From assembly GCA_019058295.1 (NCBI GenBank), contig JAHPZI010000028.1:96001-160000 (forward strand): a stretch of 64,000 bases of DNA, in the 5' to 3' direction. The position numbers and the translations under genes are program-made. The notes beneath the pieces are model-generated. The model did not search any database and was not told the origin of the DNA. It saw only the letters and a list, made by a program, of their open reading frames with translations. The stretch is from Promethearchaeota archaeon (lineage in GTDB: Archaea; Asgardarchaeota; Lokiarchaeia; Sigyniarchaeales; SOKP01). This document shows, piece after piece, positions 40,222 through 50,534 of this stretch. Position 1 is the first letter of the stretch; each line of letters begins with the position of its first letter.

Positions 40222-42048
40222 ATGAAATCGAATATGAAAGCAAAACTTATGTTGATATTTTTGTGCTCACTCATTTCACTCTCTTTTGTCTTTGGTAGTA
40301 ATATCGTTATTTATCCAGCTAAACTCAGCGAAAATCCAGTAAATACCAGCGAGCAGAATGTAGAAAAACCCCACTCTTCCACGAATGGGGCGTTCAAGAT
40401 ATATTACCCTGCCAACGGTACGGCATTAACAGACATTGACGATTTTGATTATCAGGGTAATACTATAATCAGTGATGGTGAAGGAGGTGCTATTATAGCA
40501 TACTGGAGTGTGGCTAATAATGATATTTATGCTCAAAAGATCACATCAAATGGAGATTTACCTTGGGGTTTGAACGGTGTAGTCATATGCAACGCATCTG
40601 GCATACAAGATTGGGTTACTCTCTGTACTGATGATGCGGGTGGCGCGATTATAGCATGGACAGATAATCGAGTGGGTACTGACATTTATGCGCAACATAT
40701 TAATTCAACAGGACATACACAATGGGGTGAATCTTGGTGGAGTCCAAACGATCGGAACGGCACGGTTATCTGCAATGCCACTGATGTTCAATTGAACCCT
40801 CAGATTTGCAAAGACGGGGCTAAGGGCGCAATTATAGCATGGGAAGATGAGAGAAATCCAACCAAGGAGATTTATGCGCAACGTGTGGATTCTAACGGAA
40901 TTACGCACTGGGGGGAATCTTGGTGGAGTCCAAACGATCGGAACGGGACGGTTATCTGCAACGCTACTATTTTCCGAGAGGAAATTCGGATTTGCAGCGA
41001 TGAGAGTAAAGGTGCGATTTTGACATGGTATGATAGAAGAACTGGTACTGATTGTATTTATGCGCAACGTGTGGATTCTGAAGGAAATACACAATGGGGG
41101 GAATCTTGGTGGGGTGGTCCTAACGATCGCAACGGTACGGTTATCTGCAACCATACTAGTTGGACAAATTTTCCTCAGATTTGTAAAGACGGGGCTAATG
41201 GCGCGATTATAGCATGGACAGATAATCGAGTGGGTACTGACATTTATGCGCAACGTGTGGATTCTGACGGAAAAACGCACTGGGGTGAATCTTGGTGGAG
41301 TGGTCCAAACGATCGGAACGGCACGGTTATCTGCGACGACACTGATAGCCAGGATTATGTATATCTTTGTGAAGACGGGGCAGGGGGTGCCCTTTTAACC
41401 TGGGAGGATGGTAGAGGAACTGATGATGTTTATGCCCAGCGAGTAGATTCTGATGGCAATACGCACTGGGGCGATGGAAAAGTATGGGTAGGGAAGCCAG
41501 ATCGTAACGGCACGCTTGTTTGCAACGCACTTGGCAACCAAGATATGCCTCAAATTTGTGCTGATGGGACAGGGGGGGCGATACTGGTGTGGAGTGATTA
41601 TAGGCACGGCTTTGATGATCATATTTATGTTCAACGAGTCAGTTCTGATGGCACGACGCACTGGGGTGATGGAAAAACGTGGGGAGGGAACCCAGATCGT
41701 AATGGCACCGCTATATTTAATGTGGCAGGAGTAGATGGATATACGGAGGATGAGGATCCCGAATTTTCTAATATCTGTAGTGATGATAACGGAGGCGCTA
41801 TCATCTTCTGGGGGGATGAGAGAAACGCTGGTTCTAATTTTGATCTATTTGCGCAACGAGTAAGAGGAGCAATTCTCCCTACAGGTGGCGGAGTACTTCC
41901 CGCTGGAGATGACGATGATGACGACGATGAGGATACGGGAATGGTGGTTGTAGTCGTAGTTATTATCATTATCGCGTGTGTTGGTGGAGTGGTTGTTGTC
42001 GTTATTGTATTAATTAAGAAGGGTGTAATAGGCACATCAAGAGGATAA
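40222..42048 (+). CDS. Cell-surface protein with 8 approx. 62-aa repeats (probable beta-propeller), poly-Asp linker and C-terminal TM
   Basis: Signal peptide; DG.GGAIIAW.D.R...DIYAQRV repeats; locally higher GC. Confidence 0.85.
   Translation: MKSNMKAKLMLIFLCSLISLSFVFGSNIVIYPAKLSENPVNTSEQNVEKPHSSTNGAFKIYYPANGTALTDIDDFDYQGNTIISDGEGGAIIAYWSVANNDIYAQKITSNGDLPWGLNGVVICNASGIQDWVTLCTDDAGGAIIAWTDNRVGTDIYAQHINSTGHTQWGESWWSPNDRNGTVICNATDVQLNPQICKDGAKGAIIAWEDERNPTKEIYAQRVDSNGITHWGESWWSPNDRNGTVICNATIFREEIRICSDESKGAILTWYDRRTGTDCIYAQRVDSEGNTQWGESWWGGPNDRNGTVICNHTSWTNFPQICKDGANGAIIAWTDNRVGTDIYAQRVDSDGKTHWGESWWSGPNDRNGTVICDDTDSQDYVYLCEDGAGGALLTWEDGRGTDDVYAQRVDSDGNTHWGDGKVWVGKPDRNGTLVCNALGNQDMPQICADGTGGAILVWSDYRHGFDDHIYVQRVSSDGTTHWGDGKTWGGNPDRNGTAIFNVAGVDGYTEDEDPEFSNICSDDNGGAIIFWGDERNAGSNFDLFAQRVRGAILPTGGGVLPAGDDDDDDDEDTGMVVVVVVIIIIACVGGVVVVVIVLIKKGVIGTSRG
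40641..41254 (+). repeat. Intragenic tandem repeats (period approx. 186 nt)
   Basis: 56-nt identical blocks at 40641-40696 and 41199-41254; gaatcttggtgg recurs four times. Confidence 0.9.
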
Positions 42049-42160
42049 CCTCAAATTCAAGTCTTTTTTTTTTCTCTTTTTTGAAAGAAATAATTATTAT
42101 CATTCCTAAAATTGGTAATATCGTAAAAATTATTTTATTGGCGAGATTTTGTTTTAAATA

Positions 42161-44419
42161 ATGAGCAAAGAGGAATTTAAGTTTAATAATAAATCTATTT
42201 CAATTGAAGAAAAAAGTGAATTAAGATCTTCTTTTAGAATTAAATCATTTAAGAAGAAATTAGACTTCATGGAAAAAAGTAAAATTCCTCAAAAGGAAAT
42301 AAATGAAGTGTTAGATCATTTATTTAATAAAAATACATCTCTCTCAGATAAAACCAAAAATTCTGTTTCAAAAATCTTATACTCCTTTAAAGATCGCATA
42401 ATTATTGTTATAACTAAACACGGAAAGCAATTTATTTGGAATCGAGATAAATTTATTAAGCTGTATGGTTGGTTTTTCTTTGTTTCCGAGACGGAGGATA
42501 TGAGTAAAGCAAAACCAAAGAAGAAGAAAATTAAAAAAGAAGAAATAACAGTGAAAACAGAAGAATATGAATTTAAAGACCATAAAATTGTAATTAAACA
42601 AAAAGAGAATATGCGAGGATTATATAAGACTAAAGAATACTTCAAATATTTTAAGCTCATAAATTCAAAAAAAATCCCTCAAAAACCGTTTAATGAAGTT
42701 TTGAACCATTTCTTTTTACATAATGAGCAAATCCCTGAAAAAGAGAAATTTGCTATTAAAACAATCAATTATTATTTTAATGAGAAAGTAATCGTCATTA
42801 AATCTTTAATTGGGGATCAAATGTATGAGAATCTTGATGAACTTGTCAAACAATATGGTTGGTATTTTTACATTACGGGAGTTCCTGTAGGTGATAGTGA
42901 TGTTTCAATTGTCGTTGATAAAATTGAGAGAAGATTTACATCTGATTATTTTAAAGATATAAATCTTAGTGAGAATGATTCTGACAAAATTAGAATAACA
43001 CTTTACCCTTTAGTGTTAAAACCTAATCATAATTGTATTATTCTAGGATTGGGTAGATTTAACATACTACTAGATTGCGGAATTACTGAGCATTATTATA
43101 AATTTATTGAAGATTATCTTGAAAACTTACCTCAGTATATTCTCGAGGCCGAAGAAGATCAGATTATAAGTAATAATGAAGATAATGAAACAAAATTAGA
43201 TAATATTTCCTTCAGACCAAAGTTGGACGCAATCTTCATCTCTCATAGTCATTTTGATCATATTTCAGGGCTAAAGGAATTAATTAAATTATATCCGGAC
43301 GTTCCAATTTTATCTTCAAGAATTACTTTAGATCTTTACCTCCTCCGAGATTCTGAGTTCCTAAAACAAGAAAATCATGAGGTTATAGAGGATGAAGATT
43401 ATAGAAATGTAATAAAAAATGTAATTTACGTTGAAAATGGTGAAAAAATAGAATTTAAGAATAAAAATTGTTATCTTTCGTTTTTTCACGCTGGACATAT
43501 GCCAGGAGCTTTAATGCTGTTAGCAAAAATCAAAAATTATCGATTTTTATATACAGGCGATTATACATACTGGGATATTACTCCATTTGCTGGGACAAGA
43601 AGCTTTTTGAAACAAATTTCTCGTCCAATTGATTTTCTCCTTATTGATGCTGTCTGTGCAAATGAAGATTTAGGCGATCAATCTCAGCAATTTCATAGTT
43701 TAATTCTATTCATGGAGCAGAAAGCCGAATATGGTGATAGCTCTTTAATAGGAGCGGATCCTTCCAGTTTAGCAATATCTTTCCTTTTAACTTTTTGGAG
43801 ATATTTTAGAAAGCTCCAATTGAAAAAAGGATATCAAAAGAGGCCCAATATTTATGTAGATCAAATGGTCCGAAAAAATATTCAAGTTATAAATCATCGT
43901 TATGAATATATTTATGGTCCTATTTCGAGATTAATACGAGATAAAGCGAATCCATTTAATAGTATTAAAATCAGGTGGTTTGATCATGAAGATTTAGATT
44001 TTCTACGTAAAAGGAATAATATCATAATTTCTCATCCCCCAGATCTTTCATATGGAATAATTAGGAATATACTTAATATAATAGGAAGAAATCCTCATAA
44101 TTTAGTTTTTCTTTCCGGGGCAATTCATGAACAACCCGGATTAGATCTTATTGGAGGTGCCGAGGAAATTGAGTTTTCTGAAACCTGGAAAATGCCATTT
44201 AGAGCTTTATTTTTGAACAACTTTGCCCCCCAGTTGAAAATAAAACTTCATGGAGATAAACTACAGTTAACTGAAATGATAAAAAATCTTGAGCCCAAGG
44301 AAGTCTGTTTTTTTCACCAAAGTCCAAAGAAATTAATTGATGTAGCAGATTACGTAAAAGAATTGGGTGTAGAAAAAGTTAGTGTACCTCAAAAAAGAAA
44401 ATTATTAATATTAAATTGA
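42161..44419 (+). CDS. MBL-fold beta-CASP nuclease with duplicated N-terminal domain
   Basis: LLDCG, SHSHFDH, AGHMPG, YTGDY, C-terminal LHGD...P..V.FFH. Confidence 0.85.
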   Translation: MSKEEFKFNNKSISIEEKSELRSSFRIKSFKKKLDFMEKSKIPQKEINEVLDHLFNKNTSLSDKTKNSVSKILYSFKDRIIIVITKHGKQFIWNRDKFIKLYGWFFFVSETEDMSKAKPKKKKIKKEEITVKTEEYEFKDHKIVIKQKENMRGLYKTKEYFKYFKLINSKKIPQKPFNEVLNHFFLHNEQIPEKEKFAIKTINYYFNEKVIVIKSLIGDQMYENLDELVKQYGWYFYITGVPVGDSDVSIVVDKIERRFTSDYFKDINLSENDSDKIRITLYPLVLKPNHNCIILGLGRFNILLDCGITEHYYKFIEDYLENLPQYILEAEEDQIISNNEDNETKLDNISFRPKLDAIFISHSHFDHISGLKELIKLYPDVPILSSRITLDLYLLRDSEFLKQENHEVIEDEDYRNVIKNVIYVENGEKIEFKNKNCYLSFFHAGHMPGALMLLAKIKNYRFLYTGDYTYWDITPFAGTRSFLKQISRPIDFLLIDAVCANEDLGDQSQQFHSLILFMEQKAEYGDSSLIGADPSSLAISFLLTFWRYFRKLQLKKGYQKRPNIYVDQMVRKNIQVINHRYEYIYGPISRLIRDKANPFNSIKIRWFDHEDLDFLRKRNNIIISHPPDLSYGIIRNILNIIGRNPHNLVFLSGAIHEQPGLDLIGGAEEIEFSETWKMPFRALFLNNFAPQLKIKLHGDKLQLTEMIKNLEPKEVCFFHQSPKKLIDVADYVKELGVEKVSVPQKRKLLILN

Positions 44420-44533
44420 ATTTTTAATGCAACGATTGTAAAATCCAAAAATACTTTGAATCTTATTTAAATTAAAAAAAAAAAGAAAAAAATAAAAAGT
44501 TATACGTTTAATTAAAAAGAAAAAATATTTTTA

Positions 44534-47500
44534 TTATTCAATTACTTCCATAGGTTTTCCATGGTGCTCTGGGATCGACTGTGCGCCACATGATGAACCC
44601 ATCCAGCAAACCAATTGGTTACCTTCTTTATGCATCGGCTTACCACAATGCATTGGTAAGTCTTGTTCAGCACCACATTCTACACACTTTAATTTTCCCA
44701 CTGTTTTTTCAACCTCCTTTTTTGAATTAATTATTTCTTCATTTTTTTCAATTTCAATATAGTTCTCGGGATTTTTTTTAAATTCAGCAACGCATGATTG
44801 ATTGCAAAAATAATATTTTTTTCCGTTATATTCATGTTCAATCCATTCTTCTGGCTTCCCCTTCATGCCACATACAGGATCCGTAACGAGCTTCTCTTCC
44901 TCTATGCCCTTATGCATTAATTTTGGATCAATGTTGCCAAAGTCCTTATATTTTTCAGGATCTCGTTTAAATTCTACTTCACATGATGAGCTGCAGAAAT
45001 AATATCTCTCACCATTATATTTATACTCAATTGATTGGCTAGGTATTATTTCCATTCCACAGATAGGATCGATTACTTTTTTCTCCACTAGTAATTTTTC
45101 TTCTTGTAGTTGCTGTTCAGTTTTAGGTTCATATCTCTTTAATAATAATGCATTTGTTACAACAGAAACAGAACTTGAAGCCATGAAAATTGCTGCTAAA
45201 TAAGGAGGAAGAAAATATCCAGTAAAGGCAAATAATAATCCAGCTGCTAAAGGAATTCCAATAAGGTTATATATAAATGCCCAGAAAAGGTTAGTAATCA
45301 TCTTTTTATATGTTTTCTGAGATAAATTAATTGCCGCAACCACATTTCTTAAATCTCCTCGCATAAGAACGATATCAGCTGTTTCAATAGCTACATCTGT
45401 CCCAGATCCAATTGCAATTCCAACATCTGCCTGTGCCAATGCAGGGGCATCATTTATTCCATCTCCAACCATAGCAACTTGTATATTATCACCAGAATCT
45501 TGGAGTTTTTTGATGGTCAATGCTTTTTCATTAGGTAATACTTCAGCTAAGATATGATTTTCATCAAAGTTTAAATCCGTTCCAATACTCATCGCGGTTT
45601 GTTTATTATCACCAGTTAACATATATATATCCATTCCTTTCTCTCGTAATTTTTCAAGAGCATAAGGAGCTTGATCTTTTACTCTATCAGCTATACCGAT
45701 GATCCCTTTAATTTGATCATCTATACTAACTAACATTGTAGTATTCCCTTTTTCTTGGTTTTCAATGAATTTAGAATTATATTCAGTAAAATCTAAATTA
45801 TTTTCTAAAAACAATTTTTCATTACCAATTAAAACTCGTTTATTATCTATTTTTGTTATTAGCCCTTTTCCTGGTATTGCATCAAATTCACTGGGAGACA
45901 CTAATGCTAAGCCTTCTTGATTTGCCTCTTCAATAATAGCTTGCCCAAGAGGATGCTCAGAACCCATCTCAGCACTTCCAGCAAAATAAAGAATGTCTTT
46001 TTTTGTTAAACCATTTCCTGTTAAATCATTTTCAGAATAAATTATTGTAACTTTTGGTTTTCCAATAGTTAAAGTACCCGTCTTATCAAAAACAATTGTA
46101 TTAATATTGTTTACAGATTCTAAAGAGTCACCACCTTTCATGAGAATACCATTTTCGGCACCTTTCCCTGTTCCAACCATAATTGCTGTGGGGATTGCTA
46201 ACCCTAAAGCGCACGGACAAGAAATTACTACTATTGATGTAAAAACTAATAACGCAACTTCAAGACCTAAATTTGCTATAAAAAACCAATACAAAAATGC
46301 AAGAGTAGCTGTTATAATTACAATCGGTACAAAATAACTACTTACTTTATCAGCCAAACGTTGTCTTGAACCTTTTCGAGCTTGAGCATCTTTAACAAAA
46401 TCAATTATTTGAAAAAGGAGAGTATCTTTCCCAATTTTTTCAGTTCTCATTTTAATTAATCCAGTTTGATTTACAGTAGCTCCTATAACATCATCACCAA
46501 TTTCTTTTTTAATATACTTACTTTCACCTGTTATCATAGATTCATCAATTTTAGTCTTACCTTCAATTACTTTACCATCAACCGGTATTTTTTCACCAGG
46601 TCTAACAATTAATGTATCACCTATTTCTATCTCTTCAATAGGAATTTCAATTTCTTCACCATCTCTTAATAATGTTGCATTCTTTGGTTGTAACCCTATG
46701 AGTTTTTTTATAGCTTCAGATGCCTGGCCTTTTGTTTTATGTTCTAAATATTTCCCTACTAATATAAATGCAAAAATCATACTCATGGCATCATAAAACA
46801 CTTCACCAGAAATAAAAAATGTAGTCATAACTGAATAAAAATAAGCTGTCGCCGTTCCTAAAATAATCAACACATCCATATTTGTCGTCCGATTTCGCAA
46901 AGATTTATACGCGCCCTTTAGGAAAAAAGATCCTGATATTGCGAAGTTAAAAGTTGCTAGAATCGTTAGGATTAGATTTCGTGTAAAAGTAATAGGTACA
47001 ATAAAATTTATTGGAGTGATTACTGCTGCAAATACTAATGAAATTATAAGAAGGATCAAACGATTTTTCATTTCTTTTTTATGCTGTTCAATTTCTTTAT
47101 CAATGGCTCCCGCTACTTTTTCTATTTTATATCCGAAGCTTTTAACGAGTGAAAAAATTTCATTTTCACTTAATTTTAATTCGTTAAATTCAATGAAGAA
47201 TTTTCTTGCTTCAAAATTGCTCCTAACATGCTGTATACCATTAATTTGTTGAATTTTATTTTCTAACATATTAAACTCATTTTCTGTAAGTGTATCAATG
47301 ATTCCAATGTCCATCTTCGCAAGCGATGCTTTATATCCCAAATTTTTAATAGCACTATTGAAATTATTATAATTCACTATCTTAGGATTGTATTCAACAG
47401 TTGCTTCTTCATTTGCAAAATTTACAACAGAACTATTAACCCCCTCTAGTCCTTTTAGTTTAGTTTCTATTTTTAACGCACAGGAAGCACAAGTCATCCC

Positions 47501-47542
47501 ACCAAGTTTTATTTTAATTTTTTCTTTAGCTTGTTCTTCTAT
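44534..47542 (-). CDS. copA: Cu(I)-translocating P1B ATPase with N-terminal HMA and C-terminal YHS domains (start extended to ATA at 47542)
   Basis: [43 protein letters not shown]; two DP(I/V)CGM...YYFC YHS domains. Confidence 0.95.
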   Translation of the reverse strand: MEEQAKEKIKIKLGGMTCASCALKIETKLKGLEGVNSSVVNFANEEATVEYNPKIVNYNNFNSAIKNLGYKASLAKMDIGIIDTLTENEFNMLENKIQQINGIQHVRSNFEARKFFIEFNELKLSENEIFSLVKSFGYKIEKVAGAIDKEIEQHKKEMKNRLILLIISLVFAAVITPINFIVPITFTRNLILTILATFNFAISGSFFLKGAYKSLRNRTTNMDVLIILGTATAYFYSVMTTFFISGEVFYDAMSMIFAFILVGKYLEHKTKGQASEAIKKLIGLQPKNATLLRDGEEIEIPIEEIEIGDTLIVRPGEKIPVDGKVIEGKTKIDESMITGESKYIKKEIGDDVIGATVNQTGLIKMRTEKIGKDTLLFQIIDFVKDAQARKGSRQRLADKVSSYFVPIVIITATLAFLYWFFIANLGLEVALLVFTSIVVISCPCALGLAIPTAIMVGTGKGAENGILMKGGDSLESVNNINTIVFDKTGTLTIGKPKVTIIYSENDLTGNGLTKKDILYFAGSAEMGSEHPLGQAIIEEANQEGLALVSPSEFDAIPGKGLITKIDNKRVLIGNEKLFLENNLDFTEYNSKFIENQEKGNTTMLVSIDDQIKGIIGIADRVKDQAPYALEKLREKGMDIYMLTGDNKQTAMSIGTDLNFDENHILAEVLPNEKALTIKKLQDSGDNIQVAMVGDGINDAPALAQADVGIAIGSGTDVAIETADIVLMRGDLRNVVAAINLSQKTYKKMITNLFWAFIYNLIGIPLAAGLLFAFTGYFLPPYLAAIFMASSSVSVVTNALLLKRYEPKTEQQLQEEKLLVEKKVIDPICGMEIIPSQSIEYKYNGERYYFCSSSCEVEFKRDPEKYKDFGNIDPKLMHKGIEEEKLVTDPVCGMKGKPEEWIEHEYNGKKYYFCNQSCVAEFKKNPENYIEIEKNEEIINSKKEVEKTVGKLKCVECGAEQDLPMHCGKPMHKEGNQLVCWMGSSCGAQSIPEHHGKPMEVIE

Positions 47543-47758
47543 TTTATTTCACCTCGGTTTATCATAAAAAAATATCTAATGAGATTATTATAAGTTTTGT
47601 TTATATTTTGTAAATATAGCCTCTCTAATTCTCCTTCAGAATCAAGAAATGTTCTCAGATAACTCACCATATAAAAATAATAATTTTTTCGAATAATGAT
47701 TGCAAATGTCGTTTTTTCTCTGTTACCATTATTTTAAATTCAAAGATATTTTTTATAG

Positions 47759-47798
47759 ATATTACCTTGAAGTATATATAGAAAAGTATATATTTAAA
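47759..47798 (-). promoter_or_regulatory. Conserved promoter/operator copy 1 (upstream of copA)
   Basis: 35/40 identical to 48694-48733; contains minus-strand TTTAAATA TATA box. Confidence 0.7.
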
Positions 47799-47994
47799 AA
47801 TTATCTTTATAATTAATAAAAATATAATGAATCTCACTTTTATCTTAAATTCTGATAAATTTTATTCTAAAATTCTATTTTGCCCCATCTTCTTTCTTAA
47901 AATATTAATGTTTCAGTAAAAATCGTATTTTTAATTTTTTATTAAGGTCTAGAAATAATAATTAAAAAAAATTGGTTTGTTTTTTAAAATTGGT

Positions 47995-48294
47995 TTAAAT
48001 TTCACTTCCACAATATGGGCATAATTTCAATGTTTTATCGTCTAATTCTTCACCACAATTAGGACAAAAATAAGGATTCTTTTCTTCCATCTCTTCAATC
48101 AAGCCAACTTTTGGGGATTCTTGATTGGATAATGCAAAATCTTTATTCTTACTTGTTCCTCGAAATAACAGGTAAATAAGAATAATTACAATTAAAAGAA
48201 AAATAAAAAAGCCCAAAATCATGTAAATCCATATATTTGGATCCCAACCCATCATTGATCCATCCATGTGATCATCCATATGGTCAAAAATCAT
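47995..48294 (-). CDS. Single-TM protein with His/Met-rich N-terminus and C-terminal double zinc ribbon
   Basis: DHMDDHMDGSMMG; TM; CPNCG...CPYCG. Confidence 0.8.
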   Translation of the reverse strand: MIFDHMDDHMDGSMMGWDPNIWIYMILGFFIFLLIVIILIYLLFRGTSKNKDFALSNQESPKVGLIEEMEEKNPYFCPNCGEELDDKTLKLCPYCGSEI

Positions 48295-48328
48295 TTAATC
48301 AACTCCTTTTTATTTAAATTATTTTTCA

Positions 48329-48625
48329 TTATTTATTCTTATTTTCCACAGTTTTAACAGATGTACTCTCGCTGTAATTATGTCTTACCAATAAATAAAG
48401 TATTAAACCGATTACATTAAGAATAAAAGCAATTATTAACCACGTTTCAGAATTAGCGATTCCTCTTCTTATGGCATCTTTATGGACATAATAAGCAATT
48501 ATTATGCTTACAGTGAAATAAATTATCCACCATAATAACATAAAGATCCACCAAAATGGACCAAATATATAAATCCACCAATCCATCATATCATACCCAT
48601 CATGATGATTTTCATCAAAAATCAT
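48329..48625 (-). CDS. Small membrane protein with His/Met-rich N-terminus (PLDc_N-like)
   Basis: HHDGYDMMD; YV.KDA.RRG...W......N.IGLILYL. Confidence 0.75.
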   Translation of the reverse strand: MIFDENHHDGYDMMDWWIYIFGPFWWIFMLLWWIIYFTVSIIIAYYVHKDAIRRGIANSETWLIIAFILNVIGLILYLLVRHNYSESTSVKTVENKNK

Positions 48626-48693
48626 ATTAGCACCTTTTTTGACAATAGTTTTTTATTTGTATAATTTAGTTTTCTATTTTATTGATTTTATTT

Positions 48694-48733
48694 ATATTAC
48701 CTTGGGGTATATATGATAAAGTATATATTTAAA
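48694..48733 (-). promoter_or_regulatory. Conserved promoter/operator copy 2
   Basis: atattaccttggggtatatatgataaagtatatatttaaa, between the membrane-protein operon and the divergent regulator. Confidence 0.7.
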
Positions 48734-48828
48734 TATAATTATTATTTTATATAAAATAAGAATAAATATAATCAACAGGGAAAGTCATTTTTTTTTACCT
48801 TAACTCATAAATTAAGGTGATTTGCTGA

Positions 48829-49272
48829 TTGTTAGAAAAGAATGAAATTAAAGTTCAAAATCTTACAAGGTTTTATACTTTAGCGTTGTTGAAATCAAAA
48901 AAGTCGGTTACTGGCTATTATGTTCTAAAACGACTTGAAGCAGATCTAGGAAAAACAGCCAGTCCTACATATGTTTATGACTTTTTAAAAAAGCTTAAAT
49001 CCGAAGGATTTATTAAAGATGTTCAGATTCCAAAGTCAAAGCGATCAGGTGGTTATCAACTTACTCCTTTAGGTTCGAAATTTGTCGATAGAATCTTTAC
49101 TCGATTTGATAACTTAATAGAAGTAGCAATCCAATCAAAATTAAAAATTTGTGCAAGTTGTGGTGTCAAGCTTTATGATAATTTTTACGTTGAAAAGATT
49201 GGAGGTAAAGAGTTGATTTTCTGTTGTGAACATTGTGCAATGGCTTATAAAAATTTTAATCACAATCATTGA
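48829..49272 (+). CDS. PadR-family regulator with C-terminal TRASH metal-binding domain
   Basis: GY..LK.L, SP.YVY.FL..L...G.I, Y.LT..G; CASCG...FCCEHC. Confidence 0.85.
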   Translation: MLEKNEIKVQNLTRFYTLALLKSKKSVTGYYVLKRLEADLGKTASPTYVYDFLKKLKSEGFIKDVQIPKSKRSGGYQLTPLGSKFVDRIFTRFDNLIEVAIQSKLKICASCGVKLYDNFYVEKIGGKELIFCCEHCAMAYKNFNHNH

Positions 49273-49375
49273 AAAGAACTATGTGAAATAACAAACGTTT
49301 CCCTCAATTTCAGAAGATATGAGCTGAATTTCTTTACTCTTTTATCTAGAATGAAGTTTTAAAAAAATTATACAC

Positions 49376-49756
49376 TTATTTTTTTTTCTCACGGTATACT
49401 TTAATCGCTTCTTTTAATCCATCTGCAACCATAACACTACAATGAATTTTAGGTTCAGGTAATCCACCCAAGGCCTCAACGATTTCCAATTTAGTAATTT
49501 TTTCTGCATCTTCTAAAGTTTTCCCTTTTGCCATCTCGGTGGCAATGCTGGATGAGGCTATAGCTGCTGCGCATCCGAAGGTCTCAAATGAAATGTCATC
49601 AATAATTTCTTGTCCACTTTCTTTTTTTACCTTAATATATACGTGCATATAATCTCCGCATTCAGCACTTCCGGCCGTCCCTACAGCGTCAGCATCTTTC
49701 ATTTCTCTTTGATTTCTGGGATTCTTGAAGTGTTCTAGTACTATATCAGTATAAAT
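49376..49756 (-). CDS. iscU: Fe-S scaffold IscU/NifU paralog (start extended to ATT at 49756)
   Basis: YTDIVLEHFKNPRN, ECGD, TFGCAAAIA, LP.PKIHCS. Confidence 0.92.
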   Translation of the reverse strand: MYTDIVLEHFKNPRNQREMKDADAVGTAGSAECGDYMHVYIKVKKESGQEIIDDISFETFGCAAAIASSSIATEMAKGKTLEDAEKITKLEIVEALGGLPEPKIHCSVMVADGLKEAIKVYREKKK

Positions 49757-49843
49757 TATTAAACACCTCTCAATAAAATATTTATTTACAATTTTAAAAT
49801 AGGTTTCAAGGATTTAAAACTTAATGTTTAGGAAAAGGAGAAC

Positions 49844-50212
49844 TTATTTTTGTTTTTCACGATACTTTTCTATCGCTTTATGTAATCCATCCGCAGCTAA
49901 ATTGCTACAGTGCATTTTGATTGGTGGAAGACCATCTAAGGCATCAGCCACATCACTTCTAGTTATCTCTAATGCTTCGTCCAATGTTTTCCCTTTTGCC
50001 ATCTCAGTGACCATACTTGAAGTAGCTATAGCAGCCCCACAGCCGAAGGTTTGAAAAGAAATATCATCTATTTTATCTTCTTTTACCTTAATATAAATAT
50101 ACATAAGATCTCCACATACAGGATTGCCAACCTCACCGACGGCGTCAGCATCCTCCATTTCACCCATATTTCGGGGATTCTTAAAATGTTCCATTACTTT
50201 ATCAGAATAAAT
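49844..50212 (-). CDS. iscU: Fe-S scaffold IscU/NifU (probable start ATT at 50212; TTG at 50230 is an alternative)
   Basis: YSDKVMEHFKNPRN, NPVCGD, TFGCGAAIA, LPPIKMHCS. Confidence 0.95.
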   Translation of the reverse strand: MYSDKVMEHFKNPRNMGEMEDADAVGEVGNPVCGDLMYIYIKVKEDKIDDISFQTFGCGAAIATSSMVTEMAKGKTLDEALEITRSDVADALDGLPPIKMHCSNLAADGLHKAIEKYREKQK

Positions 50213-50534
50213 TATGACCACCTTAATCAAAAGATAAATAATTATAGTTAAAAATTTAATGATTTTGGATAATAATAATTCATTTTATCAAAATTATTAA
50301 AAACCTAATGAAAAAGTTTATTCAAAAAAGTAGTTAGTGTTGTTTTTAATATTTTATAAATAATAAATTTAAAACAGCTCATTCATATTTTAGATAAATA
50401 ATTGATATAATAGAATATTTATGAATTCCAATGAAATTTTTTAAAAATAATAAAAAACTTTCTATTGTATGTATATTTTACATTATTTAACACATTCAAT
50501 TTACAAAATTGACTAATGATTTGTGAGGAAGCCC

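Noticed and set aside
40641-41700. CRISPR-like or DGR-like repeats
   Set aside because: Repeats are in-frame protein units with no unique spacers, no adenine-specific variation pattern, and no cas or reverse transcriptase gene
40705-42035. Several overlapping alternate-frame and antisense ORFs
   Set aside because: By-products of higher GC and repeats inside the surface protein gene
47664-47729. Short minus-strand ORF upstream of copA
   Set aside because: About 21 codons, with no SD or recognisable motif
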